DNA from: Stegostoma tigrinum
Taxonomy: Eukaryota
Length of the DNA: 64,000 nucleotides
Direction of reading: 5' to 3'
Assembly (NCBI RefSeq): GCF_030684315.1
Contig: NC_081356.1
Location: forward strand, 22,655,197 to 22,719,196
Position numbers and translations under genes: made by a program
Notes under the pieces: generated by a model
Database searches by the model: none
What the model was told of the DNA's origin: nothing
The model's input: only the letters and a program-made list of their open reading frames with translations
Shown: positions 13,619 to 26,904 of the stretch, one piece after another
Position numbering within the stretch: position 1 is the stretch's first letter
Layout: each line of letters opens with the position of its first letter

Positions 13619-14539
13619 GGTCTCATGTGCAGCAACAATGTTACTGGATTCAGAGAGCCTTGTGAAGTATAGGATGTGGAATGGACAGAGGGTATGCTTT
13701 GGACCACATAAAGGAGATGTGAAATAGGTAATGTTATATGATGCACGTGAGAATTTGAAGGCGCTTATGAAAGTACTGCGGCTGAGAAGATGATGTCTCC
13801 AATGAAATTCGGAACATCGCAAAAGTGAGAAAGGAACGGGCGACATGTAACGGAGGATCTTTGGGGCTATTTTGATGAGGAGGCAGTGAATGCTGTCCAG
13901 AGTAGCTGAGGTGAAAGGACAAGTTGAAACACGAAATGGCTAGAGATCCTGGAATAGATGATCTGCAAGACGAACGATAGGTTGAGGCGGTGGAGCAGCG
14001 AGAGCGAGTGTCAGAGACCAGCGTTAATATGGACAGATCGCAAAGAATGATTTCCTTACTAACACATTGTTGTCAGAAATTCATTACTTAAAAGTATTCA
14101 TGAATGAATATTTTAATTATATTCTGTTAGTAATTCCCTTATTGTTGCATAGCCCGATATAATAGAGAAGTGTTAAATGTAGAGCATTCGAGATGGACGG
14201 GATATTCTGGTCCGATCTATGACAACCTCAAACGGGGAATAAGGAAGTATTTTATCATTTGGTTAATTGTTTTACAAATCTAGTCATAATACTTTACAGT
14301 ACAAAGTATCTGCTTCTTTTGAACATGATTTTAATTTGATTTCTTTTGGTTTTTTTGGACTACGACCTTTAAATGCATTTGCCACCTTTTTCTGTCATTT
14401 CGCAGCTGCACAGCGTTTACCAAGATCACTAGCAGATAGAATACCGCACCCTCTGTATTAACCAGTCCAAAAAGTAATAAATTACTTTACAAATAAATGC
14501 ACACCAACTATTCATAACACGTGGTTAACAAATTAATAG

Positions 14540-14779
14540 AAAACAAAAGAACTGTGGACGCTGTGAATCAGGAACAAAATTAAAGTTGCTGGAAAAGCTC
14601 AGCAGGTCTGGCAGCATCTGTGAAGGACAGAAAAAGGAAACGTTTCAGGTCCGGTTACACTTCCTCAGACCCTACTCGTCGGTTCTGAGGAAGGGTAACC
14701 GGACACGAAACGTTAACTTTTTTTTCCTTCACAGATGCTGCCAGACCTGCTGAGCTTTTCCAGCAACTTTAATTTTGTT
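14540..14779. mobile_element. Fold-back PLE-derived element with 55-bp perfect inverted arms and two opposed hammerhead motifs
   Basis: 14573-14627 is the exact reverse complement of 14725-14779. CTGAGGA...GAAACGTT at 14685-14714 (+) and ~14639-14668 (-). Confidence 0.85.
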
Positions 14780-15491
14780 AAAAAAAATGCCGCCGTGTCA
14801 ATGTTTAGAGATGTTACGAAAATGTAGCTTCCGTTCGCATGTGGTAATTTTATTTTCTTGGAAGAGATTCAGTACCAAACGTACAACACCATACCTAATA
14901 CTCCAAATGCGCTGGAATGATTACGGTGCAGATCACAGCAGCAGATGCTCCCATCACTACACAATCTATCAAATGGGAATTAAATGGTGATAAATTGAAT
15001 AGGAAGATAATGTTAATACAAAGGATCTGTTACAGTACCATCTCCCATATATACTTTGTACTTACAATGGTGGGGAAATTGTTATGGTAACGGATTTTAG
15101 GAGAAATGTGAGCTTACAATGTGAACGTTTTACTCGATGACCAGCAGTTGAAGAATTTTACCAAGCATTTTACACCGCTTTCGTATTTTGGGGTGAGGGG
15201 CAATTCTCCCACATGACACATTTCTCAAAAGACGTTCCATATCTTAATAATCTAAGAACTCTTTGAAACGCATTTCGGGTTCTACTGCGCACCTTGGCAA
15301 GGCTGTTCCCGCTGCCCCAATCAGCATCGATTGAGTATTAATAAGCCGCGACGAGTGGCTACTGTTCCTGAAGCTCTCTCCTCAGAAACGGGGAACTAAT
15401 GAAATCGGTGCTCTTTCAAACGTAGTAAGCAGCACTCAAAAAAGGCAGTAAAACTAGTCGAAATCAACAGTAAGCGCTTAGTATGATTTAC

Positions 15492-15564
15492 CTGGAATAC
15501 CAACGGCTGTGAGAAAAGGGTAGTAAACGTGTTTTATCTTCAATATGATTTCCGATTGCAGCAT
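15492..15564 (-). CDS. GPR139-like GPCR, exon 1 (MLQSEIILKIKHVYYPFLTAVGIP)
   Basis: ATG at 15564. The YYP.L..VG.P pattern is typical of exon 1 in this family. Phase-1 donor CCAG|gtaaat matches the acceptor at 12527. Confidence 0.85.
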
Positions 15565-16279
15565 CTTGTTTTACTAATAGAGAAGTTGCTTTAACGTTGT
15601 TCCTTGGAAATTCCTTGGAGTTTGACTGTTGGACCGGGGCTCTTCCGTATGCCAGTGATGAACGAGAAGTGATTCTGGTGTAGTCTCCAAAGCAAGAAAA
15701 TTCTATTTTATAACGAGAGAGTTCTCCTGCGACCCCAGTTGTGCAATTCCTCAAATTACCTTCACCCACTGAACAAACAACACCGAGAACAATGAATCCA
15801 AAACAAATAATTGGAATAAACAGCCGGTTCAGATAACCAAAAGTGATTGAATATAATTAATTTCTTGGACTCGGTTACATATGGTGTTGATCTTAATTAA
15901 TCGTATTATATTCACTCTTCGGAAGGCAAGTCCTGGATTCATAATCTTCTCCATGTCTCTCTAGCCTATTGCCAACCTTTTCATTTGCCTATCACTTTGG
16001 TCAATTTTCATTCCATGCAGCTTAAATATACTCTTCCTTACCTTTCTCATTTGCCTTGGCGTCTTCCCTTAGTAATGTATTTTTCAAGTTGACGGCCTCA
16101 AGACGAATCCTAGCCAGACTTTCTACCTTTCTCGGTTATGTTCAACTAATGCCTTTGTTCATTCACACTCCACAGCACTGTCATTTTTCCAATCCAGCTG
16201 ATAAATGCCATTGTCCTCCAAATCCGTACCTCCCAATTATTTATTGGGTTGTTCTCTTCCCAAAATGTCCATGACTCCA

Positions 16280-16560
16280 CATCCATGGAAAACACTTGAA
16301 ATCAAGCTTCTTGCAAATTGTTTCTTACTTATTCACTTTTCAATTAGTCATTGACTTGTCTTGTAAAATATGGCCTTTCCCATTGCTATCATTGTGTATT
16401 TAATGTTGGTGTGAGTGTTCTGTTCAAGGTCTTGGCATACTGCTTCATCTCTGCTGTTTCCTTGGTAATTCTTTCTTGTTACTGCTGGATTTTCATTGCC
16501 TTCCACTCTTGGGGCAGAATGTAGTTGCCTGTCCAATGTCCACCTCCTCTGGATAAGAGG
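16280..16560 (-). mobile_element. Degenerate RTE-clade LINE fragment
   Basis: IKYTMIAMGKAIFYK resembles the RTE motif EIKRRIAMGKAAF. Confidence 0.45.
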
Positions 16561-17449
16561 AGTTGATCCCACACTATTGGTGTTCTGAACTACACAGCAA
16601 CCATCCAGTCAACAGAGCTAACCTTCCACTTAGCTGAACCACACACAAAAATCAGATAGGGAGCCAGTAAACCATCAAAAATCAATATGATGAACAGACA
16701 AGCAACTGAAAAGAAGTACATAGGAGCACATCTTGACAGCAGTAACTGATTACTGCACGTGATACTCTGAGGTAACTTCCCAACCAATTACAAAGTAGGA
16801 AAAAGTCTGCTTAGTGTTCACAACTGATATTTATTGAATTTCAATTCTACTGTTGTCACGGTGGAATTTAAACCCATGTTCCCAGAACAGTAACTGGAGT
16901 TTCTGAATTATTAGACCCGCGAGATTAGCACTGCACTGCCATTTCTTAAAATGAAACAAATGATGCATACACCTTGCGACCAGCAAGGTGCATTGACCAG
17001 TCTTGGGATTGCACCAGTGACTTTGGATCTCATTGCTGCCAAGAGTTTAATCCAGTTAATGCAACTAGTCCAAAAATCAGATCATCAGCATGCCTTTGGC
17101 TTCTTTAGTGGCATGGTCATTATTATCTGGATGAAGTCCCCTGGCCATTCTACTGATAAATAAATATCTTTCTCAGGCACATTGTGTGGGATCTGCTGGT
17201 GATATCATAGCCCAGTACCAACTGCCACAATAGTAGAGTTTAAGTTGTTGGCAGGTAAATGGTCACCAGCCTGGTAGGTAATGGCAAACCCACCCTGAAA
17301 ACAGCTAAAGCAAAGTCTCAGGGTGGTATAAATAGGTACCATCAGATGTAGGTGGAAGTCCCTATCAATAGGGAGATGCTGTTGTGCTTTGCAAAGGAGA
17401 GAGTCAGACCTCACAGAGTGCCATCCAGTGAAATCCTCAAATATACAAA

Positions 17450-18300
17450 ACTGTCAGTAACAAAAAACAGAAAATGTGGACTATTTAGACAACAAACAAG
17501 AGAGGAAAGCTAGAGAAAACAAGAAAAATGAAAAGGAAAAATGAAACACCCTGGGTTTATGTGAAAGTTTTACTCACATGAGTAAAATGAAAGGAATTGT
17601 GGAGTAGCTGTATTCTTAGACAGAGGAAGTGGCAAATATGAGAATGAAGAAAAATGTGATTAGAATGGATTGATGGATAATCAGTGGACATTGCAAACAT
17701 TCAGGTATATACATGAACATGCTAATATCCAGAGGAAGATGACTAAATGTAAGATAAAATTGAAAACCTAATAAGACTGGACATTATTATGGAATATTGA
17801 AAATGTATTTTTGAGAAGAAAAAGACAAATAAGATCAATCATGTAAAACGTGAAGTGAATGAAGCCAAACTGACCAAATTTTTGTTTGCCAAATATCAGG
17901 ACTCACAATGACAAACATATGATTTAAGCAACATAAAAGAAAAAGGAATACATGGAAAACATTTGGCAATAAATTAAGATTTCAACTGGATGATACAATG
18001 ATGTGTCAAAGAACTGGCCTTAATGTTAAAAACTCAAAAGCTTGACCAGGAGCCAATGCAGATCATGATCTTGCGAAAAAGCAAAATTTTGCCTGAAGAA
18101 GAATTTGCAGAAAACCGAACCAAAAAGGCTGAAAGATATGAACAAAGAACTTCTAAATGAAGTAAACAAGGCACTAGCTGGAAAAGACACAGACCAACAA
18201 TAGAAACAAATTAAAGGATTTGTCAAAGAAGGAGGGGAAAACAGCATAGGGTTTTTAAAAGGAAAAGTGATCAATAAACAATGAGTTACCATTTCAAACT
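17450..18300 (+). mobile_element. Degenerate RTE-like endonuclease region
   Basis: GGAGTAGCTGTATTC (GVAVF) and ATTCAGGTATAT (IQVY) in the order expected for RTE APE domains; heavily decayed. Confidence 0.4.
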
Positions 18301-18339
18301 TATAAAAGGTAAAAGAAAGGAGAAAGTAGAAGAATATCT

Positions 18340-18760
18340 TGACTATCAGTCTTGATACAGAGTCCTGCCTATTCTGTATATTAGTTCCAAGCCATTTGGA
18401 AATTCAATGGATATGAGATGGAGTGTTTTGGCAAGGAAGATGGAGAACAACTTTGGAGTCATGACACAGCCTTGCTTGACCCCTGTTGAAACATACTGGG
18501 TCTTCAGTGGATCTTTTGGTGAGAATTATGTGCGTAAGTTTGTTAAAACATGCTGTATGTGTTTATATAGAAAGCAAAACTGATTTGAATGATTTGAAAA
18601 ATGTGCTTTTACAGCTAGATTGTAAAAACCATAAATAAGCAACTGCTGGCCTTCAAGTTGAAGACAATTCAGATATAATTTACTGTATACATGTCTGGAG
18701 AAAAGATATGAATTCCAAAGCTGCAACCCCATGAATAGCAGTTAGTATTAGAGGTTAAAA
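18340..18760 (-). mobile_element. RTE-clade reverse transcriptase fragment
   Basis: Minus strand ~18430-18492 reads VSTGVKQGCVMTPKLFSIFL. Confidence 0.7.
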
Positions 18761-19989
18761 GTTATGTCAAGGAACATATATCAAAGGAAAAGGATGGTCC
18801 AAGCAGCGATGAGGCTGTGAATGAAAGAATAATTAAACTTCCTTTGGGTGGCACCAGGATACACTGATTGTTACACTGAGTGAATATTTTGCATTGGTCT
18901 TCACAAGAGGATGAAGTTAATAGTGCAAAAGAGAATGAGTGATTAGTGAATTTAGGTAGGGAAAAAAAATAGAAATGAGGTGTTAACAATGTTTTAATCT
19001 CTCAAACTTAAATGAGACCCAGGATAACTGAGGAAAGCAATATTCCAAATAGCGGAAAATGCAACAGCAATCTTTCAATCCTCTTTGGATTTGATGCACA
19101 GCACTGGAGAATTATGAAGGTTACACACCTCTTTAAAAATAAGATGAAAGATAAACCAAGAGTTACAGTAATAATGCAAATCTATAAAGTACTGTTAAAA
19201 TGTACTGTGACATTTTGAAGAAGCATTAAAAAATAAAGTTTAACACTTACACATATATTTCAATAGTAAGGAACATGAGAAAAATATTGATGAAAAAATG
19301 ATTTTATGGATGTCTTACAATGAGGAAAAAGATGGAACGATTTAGGGCGGAAATTCAACAACTTTATAACTGAAAGCTCAGTCATGGCACAGCAATGAAA
19401 ATTGGGAATATGCAAAGGACCAGAATTGGAGGAGCACAGATCCCTCAGAAGGTTCTGTGACTGGAGGTGATCACAAAGGCAGTGACAGCCAAGTTTTGAT
19501 GGAAATTGACAGAAAAATTATGAATTCTAGAACTGAAGCATTGTTAAATGAGACCCAATTTAGGTGAGTGAACACAGAGTGATGATTGAACAAGACTTGG
19601 TGCAAGTTAAGGTACAAGTTTTGGAATTTTGGCAAATCTCAAATTTACAGAAAGTAGAATGTATTGGGAATAGTTAAGCCTCAAGACAAAAAAGACATAA
19701 ATGAAAATGTCAGCACCTAATGAGTTCAGGCAGAGTTGATAGCGTCAATCCATGGGTTGAACTTTAACACATGATCTGATATAATAACAACACTGCGATC
19801 AATCTGATTTAGTTGCAGACAGTTCATCACCACAAGTGATGGAATAAATTGCTAAGGAATACAATGATGTTGAATGTTGTAGAAAATGGTATGTTCTACA
19901 GAAACCTAATAATTACTTTGTGGCTGTTTTCATAAGGAAGAGACAAGAAATCTTCCACAAATAGAGACCCAAATAACAAGGGAGAATGA

Positions 19990-21178
19990 GGAATTGAAGG
20001 AAATTAGTATCAGCATGAAGGCTGGAAAAGTGAATCAGGCTGAAATTAATTATTCCTTGAGAGCTGATAGTCGACATGCCAGAGTGTTGGAGGAAAAGGT
20101 GGGTCTTGAAATTGTATTGGTAATCATCTTTCAAAATTCCATAGATTCTGAATGATTCTTACAGATTGAAAAATTGCAAATATTTACCTCAATATTTAAG
20201 AAAGGAACAAAAGAAAATCAGGGATCTTTAAACCCATCAACAGCATAGAAAAAGCAAGAATCTATCAAACTAAAGAATGTGATAAATGGCTACTTGAATA
20301 AGAATTATCCTATTGTGGATAGTCAATATAGATTTGTGGGTGGAAAATCATGTTTTAAAAACTTGTTGGAGTTTTTTGAGGATGTTATTAACAGAATTAA
20401 TAAAGGAAAGTTGATAGATATTGTATATTTAGGTTTTCAGAGGACTATTGATAGTGTCCCCCATTTGAGGTTGGGTCATCCATGCATTAGCAAACTGTGA
20501 CTAATGAAGTACTGCAAGGATCAATACTTGGGATCCAAATGTTCACAAAATATATAAATTATTTGAAAGTGGGGATCAAGTGAAATACTTCCAAATTTGC
20601 AGCTGATACAAAGTTAAGCAGGAATATGTGAGCTAGTTCAAAATCATTTTCAAGACTACACCTGGAATACTATGTACAGTTTTAATCTCCTTATCTCAAT
20701 AAAATTATTATTGCTATAGAGGGAGTGCAATGAATGTTCACAGACATGTTATTGTCATGGTAAGATTGTCCTAAGAAGAGAGAGTTTCAAACAATGAGAA
20801 GCGATTTAATTGATATTTTCAAAATATTTTAAAGGATGGGCAGGATAGATGCCAGTAAGATGTTGACCCTGGTTAGGCAGTGTAGATGAATGGGCATAAT
20901 TGAAAAATAAGTGTGTTGGCATTTAGATCCCAGATCAAAGCTTTTCTTCTACTCAGGAGGCTGGTGATTCTTCGGAAATATCTACCAGAGAGGGCAGTGG
21001 AAGCTCAGTCTTTGAGTATATTTAACTAGAGGTTAATGCATTTTTGATTAATAAGTGGCATAAAAGTTTATGGGGATAATGTGGAAAAAAGGCATTGAAG
21101 TGTTTGATCAGCCATTATCATATTAAATGGCAGAGCAGATACAATGGGCTGAGTAGCCTTCACCAGTTCCTATGTCCA
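19990..21178 (+). mobile_element. Degenerate CR1 LINE (RT domain to 3' end, with deletions)
   Basis: SQYRFVGGKSCFKNLLEFFEDV...DIVYLGFQ, then SKFAADTK and a CR1 3' UTR. Confidence 0.85.
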
Positions 21179-22006
21179 TAATTTAGAGAGAATTAATTTA
21201 ATTAGCAAGAATTATAAAAAGAAATATGAGTACTTCCTTCTTCAGTTCCATTTGCAGTGCTTTGTCTCAATCATTTCTGCCATTTTTAGCAACTGCTTCT
21301 AAATCTAACTTCACCATTTTTTCCTTAATGTTATTAACCTAACTTTAGATAACAATTGCCAATCATTCAGGGATAATTCTTCCCTCTGCGGAAAAGTTTT
21401 AGAAGTTGATAACACCGCGATTGTATTTCAATAAGTACAATAAAGATATTTGTTGAAGTTTTGTTAGCTTAAGCTTTAATAAAATTCCAAGTGCATCTCA
21501 TATTTAGTTGCATATTGGAAATCTGGCTGAAAGCCCCTGACCTTGTTGCAATCATTTTATATACATTTAAAAAGAAACCTGCACACCTTGTTTTAACAAA
21601 TACAACTAAGCCACAAGATTGAACTTCTATTTCAAAGAAAACAAGCATCATCGCACGAGAAACTTTAACAAAACAAGCACGACTTACAATATGGTTGATA
21701 ACTATGGACATTATTGTCTTACGTTTGCTTCTTACTTCCCCAAGATTTACCTTACATGATAAGTCAGCCTTAAAGTTTATACTTCTGTAGGGTCCATTCA
21801 TAAGTACAGCACAGTTATCTAGAGAACTCTCCTCAACTCCAGCTATTTTTATAGGTAAAATATTATTCTTGATAGAATCATTGAGTCGTACCACAAGGAA
21901 AGGGATCCTTTGATCTAACTAGTCTATGCCAACCAAGTTTCTCAAACTAAACTGGTCCCACTTGCCCACAATTTGCCCATATCCCTCTAAACCCTCTTTT
22001 TATGTA

Positions 22007-23126
22007 AGATAATAAAGTGTGAAGCTGGATGAACACAGCAGGCCAAGCAGCATCTCAGGAGCACAAAAGCTGACATTTCAGGCCTCGACCCTTCATCAGA
22101 GAGGGAGTTGGGGCGAGGGTTCTGGAATAAATAGGGAGAGAAGGGGAGGCGGACCGAATCATTCGGGGATAAATCTTACCTCTGCAGAAAAGTTTTAGAA
22201 ATTGATAACACCGCGATTGTATTTCAATAAGTACAATAAAGATATTTGTTGAAGTTTTGTTAGCTTAAACTTTAATAAAATTCCAAGTGCATCTCATATT
22301 TAGTTGCACATTGGAAATCTTGCTGCAACCTTCGGGTGGCATCATTGTGGCACTGCAGGAGGCCCATGATGGACATGTCATCTAAAGAATGGGAGGGGGA
22401 GTTAAAATGGTTTGCGACTTGGAGGTGCAGTTGTTTATTGCGAACCGAGCAGAGGTGTTCTGCAAAGCGGTTCCCAAGCCTCCGCTTGGTTTCCCGAATG
22501 TACTGTATCCATTGTATCCGGTGTGGCTTCCTCTACATTGGGGTTGCAGGAACAGCAACTCATATTCCGCTTGGGAACCCTGCAGCCCAATGGTATCAAT
22601 GTGGACTTCACTAGCTTCAAAATCTCCCCTTCCCCCACCGCATCCCAAAACCAGCCCAGTTCGTCCCCTCCCCCCACTGCATCACACAACCAGCCCAGCT
22701 CATCCCCTCCCCCCACTGCATCCCAAAACCAGCCCAGCCTGTCTCTGCCTCCCTAACCTGGTCTTCCTCTCACCCATCCCTTCTTCCCACATCAACCCGC
22801 ACCTCCATTTCCTACCTACTAACCTCATCCCACCTCCTTGACCTGTCCATCTTCCCTGGACTGACCTATCCCCTCCCTACCTCCCCACCTATACTCTCCT
22901 CTCCACCTATCTTCTTTTCTCTGCATCTTCGGTCCGCCTCCCCCTCTCTCCCTGTTTATTCCAGTCCCCTCTCCCCATCCCCCTCTCTGATGAAGGGTCT
23001 AGGCCCGAAACGTCAGCTTTTGTGCTCCTGAGATGCTGCTGGGCCTGCTGTGTTCATCCAGCTCCACACTTTATTATCTTGGATTCTCCAGCATCTGCAG
23101 TTCCCATTATCACTGATACAATTTTA
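22007..23126. mobile_element. Rearranged PLE insertion (inverted pLTR, captured host DNA, scrambled GIY-YIG pieces, pLTR)
   Basis: pLTRs at both ends in opposite orientation. YCIHCIRCGFLYIG and RLQEQQLIFRLGTLQPNGIN fragments. Near-TSD CCTCTTTTT(A/G)TGTA at 21993-22006 and 23128-23141. Confidence 0.85.
22987..23014 (+). ncRNA. Minimal type I hammerhead ribozyme motif (PLE-associated)
   Basis: CTGATGA-A-GGGTC-TA-GGCCC-GAAA-CGTC: intact catalytic core, stem II, palindromic ACGT stem III and a GUC triplet. Confidence 0.8.
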
Positions 23127-25987
23127 ACCTCTTTTTGTGTACCTGCTCAAATATCTTTTAAATATTGTAACCGTGCTTGCATCTAATACTTCCTCTGGCA
23201 GCTCATTCCACATACAAACCACTATTAGTGTGAAAATGTTGCCCCTCAGATCCCTTCTAAATCTTTCACCTCTGACCTTAAAAATATGCCCTCCAGTTTT
23301 AAATTCCCCCACCCTAGGGAAATGATCTTTGCTACTCAGCTTATCTATGCTTCTCACAGTTTTATAAACCTCCTTATGGTCACCTTTCAGACTCTTATGC
23401 TCCAATGAAAAAAACTCTCAACCTATCCATCCTCTCCTTATAACTTAAACCCTCCAGTTCCAGCAACATCCTCGTAAAGCTTTCTGAACCTTCTCCAATT
23501 TAATAATATCCTTCCTATCACAGGGCAACTGGAACTGTACACTTTACTCCAAACGTGGCCTAACCAATGTCCTGTACAACTTCAACATAATGTCTCAACT
23601 CCTGTACTAGATGGTCCGAGCAATGAAAGCAAGCATGCTAAACACCTTCTTTATCACCCTGTCTATCTGTGAAGCAAATGTCAAAGAACAATGAACTGAA
23701 ACCCTAGGTCTCTCTGTTTGACAGCTCGACCCAGGTCCAACCATTAACTCTATAAGTCATGACCTTGTTCATTTTACCAAAATGAACTACATTGCATTTA
23801 TTCAAATTAAACTCCACCTGCCACCCCTCAACCCAATTATTCAAGATCCCTTTGTAATTTTAGAAAACCTTCTTCACTGTTGACTATGCCAACAATTTTA
23901 ATGTCATCCACAAACTTACTGACCATGCCTCTTAAATTCTCATCCAAATTGTTTATATAAATGATAAACAAAAGTGGACCCAGTACCGATCCCTGCAGAA
24001 TGCCACTGGCCACAGGTCTCCAGTTGGAAAAACAATCCCGATTGTGACCTTCTATCTCCTACCAATTTTGTATCAAATTGACAAACTCTCCCTGAATACC
24101 ATGTGATTTAACTTTACTAATCTGCCTACCATGTGGAAATTTAACAAAGACTTTACTAAAATCCATCTACTGCTCTGTCCTCATCAATATTTTCGGTTAC
24201 ATCCTCAAAAATTCACTCAAGTTTGAGAGATATGATTTCCCACACATAAAGCCACGCTGACGATCTCTCATCAGTCCTTGCGTCTCCAAATGCATTTAAA
24301 TCCTATCTCTCAGAATCCTCTCCAACGTTATATCCACTACTGATGTCAGACTCACAGGTCTGTAGTACCCGGGCTTCTCCTTACATCTTTTCTTAAATAA
24401 AGTCATAACATTAGCCACCCTCCACTCCTCCAGCATCTTACTTGTGGTTGTAGGTAATAGAAATATCTCTGTTAGGAGCCCTGCTATTTCTTCCCTAACT
24501 TCCTACAACATTCTGGGATATACCTGATCAGATCCTGGAGGTTTATCCACCTTTATGTTTTCTTCAGACCTCCAACACTTCCCCCTCTGTAACGTAGACT
24601 TTTTTAAGACATTGCTGTCGATTCCCCTGAGGTATCCCTAGCCTCCACTTTTCTCCACAGTAAAAACACTTACGTGAAACATTCATTTACTATCTCTCCT
24701 ATCTCGTGTGGTTCCAAACATAGGCAATTTTGTTGATCTCCTTTTCTCTCCTTAGTTGCTTTTTGCCCTTACTGTACTTGTAGAATTCTTTGGATTATTC
24801 TTAACCTTATCTGCCAATGCTATCTCATAATTTCCTTTTTGTCCATTTGATTTACCTCTTAAGAATGCACCTACACCTCTTGTACTCTTCAAGAGATTCA
24901 CTTGATCCCCATTGTCTATACCTAATACACAACTCCTTCTTATTCTTGACCAGAGCTTCAGCATCTTTATTCATCCAGTGTTCCCTACTCTTACCAGCCT
25001 TACCTTTCACTCTAACCGGTACATAATGCTTCTGAACTCTTTTTATCTCACTTTTGAAAGCCTCCGACTTGCCAAACATCCCTTTACTCCTACTTTAATC
25101 AACTTTGAAAGTTCCTGTCTCAAAACATCAAAATTTGCCTTACTCCAATTAAGATATTTAACTTTTATACAAGGCTTATTCTTTTCCATAACTATTTTAA
25201 AACTAATGGAATTATGATCACTGGCACAAAAGTGATGCCCCACTAACATTTCAATCATTTGCCCTGTGTTACTTACCAAGAGAAGGCCAGGTTTTGCTCC
25301 TTCAATCCCCCTGTTTTTTTGTGTCCCTCACATAATTCAAACTGAAAGTAACCTCATCCACTGTCCAAACAGTTAATGACGAAGTTTGTGTTTTCCTCTG
25401 CTAACAGCAGAGTAAAATTTGATCTAATTATAATTTACTTTAGCTATTTTCTCTCAGTGACCTGCAAAACAGACAAGCTCTTAAGTACAGATAAAAGAAA
25501 TCCAGGTTTAAATAAAAATAGAAAGCCTTCCTAATGTCTATCCATCTCCATCTTGATGGAGCCTTCTGTAAAAATATCCTCAAATGATTAGATCAATTAT
25601 CCCTCATTTACAGTTTCTTCTTTGAACCGATGAAGTAAATGAGTTTTACAACCTTTCAAGGCATATTGAAAGTTTTTAAAACTAATTTGGCTCTAAATGC
25701 AAATACAAAAACATTTTCCTACACTGCTCTTGTTCTTGGCAAGCACTGAAGGCATTATATCTCCAGCTTTTATAACTACATAAGGTTTTATAGATTTTCT
25801 CTCACAAACTGTTAACCTTACAAAGGTTGACGATATGTCGCCTTAAGCTTGATGGATCCAAGTTTGTATTAGTTGTTTTTATTCCATTTTAAAACTTTAA
25901 TGCCCAAAATTAGCAAATATTTTTGAATCTTAATGTGTACTCTGAATGAGATATGCATGGAATAGAATCCCAGTAAGTAATTAAGTA

Positions 25988-26119
25988 TCAGAGATAATGG
26001 GAACTGCAGATGCAGGAGAATCCAAGACAACAAAATGTGAGGCTGGATGAACACAGCAGGCCAAGCAGCATCTCAGGAGCACAAAAGCTGACGTTTCGGG
26101 CCTAGACCCTTCATCAGAG
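25988..26119 (-). mobile_element. PLE pLTR fragment with intact hammerhead (26090-26117) inserted into a SINE; 12-bp TSD
   Basis: AGTAATTAAGTA at 25976-25987 and 26120-26131. Confidence 0.85.
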
Positions 26120-26131
26120 AGTAATTAAGTA

Positions 26132-26296
26132 CGACCAATTCACCTAACCTGCATGTCTGTGGACTGTAAAGGGACATCCACACAGACACAGGGAGAATGT
26201 ACAAACTCCACACACAGTCACCCAAGGCTGGAATCAAACCTGGGCCCCTAGCGCTGTGAGGCAGCAGCACTAACCACTGAGCCACCATGTTGCCCC
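26132..26296 (-). mobile_element. HE1-type tRNA-derived SINE
   Basis: Minus strand GGTGGCTCAGTGGTTAGTGCTGCTGCCTCACAGCGCTAGGGGCCCAGGTTTGATTCC (A and B boxes). Confidence 0.85.
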
Positions 26297-26717
26297 ATAG
26301 CACAGGAAAGAAGACAATAGTTACCATTGCAAGGGAGTAAGATATTATCTTACCGGTAAAGATATTATTTAGCAAACATGGCAATTAAACTGTTACATTT
26401 CATCTCTCATGATGAATTAGAATTAGCTTTATTGGAAAATCTTGGACAATAAACAGTGGTCAGTAAACAAAACACTTGATCCTCAAGATTCTGAATAACA
26501 AAATACAGTAGAACAAGTATTGGATCATGGTAACAGGAGTGATTAAAACACACAGGTGAGGTCTGGGTTCAGACAGGGAAAAGAAATATTGTTACCCAAA
26601 GTGTTCAGAGAATATTCTGAATTGGCAGTTAAGATAACTAGATTTGTTACACAAAATTAAGAAAGATTTGCATTCATATAATACAATTCATAATCACAGG
26701 GCAGCTTTACAGCCAAT

Positions 26718-26904
26718 TGTAACAAAGTATGAAGCTGAATGAACACAGCAGGCCAAGCAGCATCTCAGGAGCACAAAAGCTGACTTTTCGGGCCTAGACC
26801 CTTCAGCTTTTGTGCTCCTGAGATGCTGCTTGGCCTGCTGTGTTCATCCAGCTCCACACTTTGCTATCTTGGATTCTCCAGCATCTGCAGTTCCCATTAT
26901 CGCT
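26718..26904. mobile_element. Fold-back PLE-derived insertion with 13-bp TSD
   Basis: CTTTACAGCCAAT at 26705-26717 and 26905-26917. Inverted arms ~26721-26782 and ~26804-26866. Confidence 0.85.

Larger units (their letters stand above)
21871..25300 (-). mobile_element. Long CR1 LINE fragment (post-endonuclease region to 3' end), split by a PLE insertion
   Basis: SDHNSISFKI...LNWSKANF at 25043-25279, the RT region and VWNELPEEV. The 3' tail resumes at 21871-22005. Confidence 0.9.

Noticed and set aside
15488-15769. 93-aa ORF overlapping GPCR exon 1
   Set aside because: Wrong frame; the family-like exon is in another frame starting at ATG 15564.
21469-21894. 141-aa minus-strand ORF in apparently unique DNA
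   Set aside because: It starts at a GTG inside a CR1 tail, has no recognisable motif and has no convincing splice partners.
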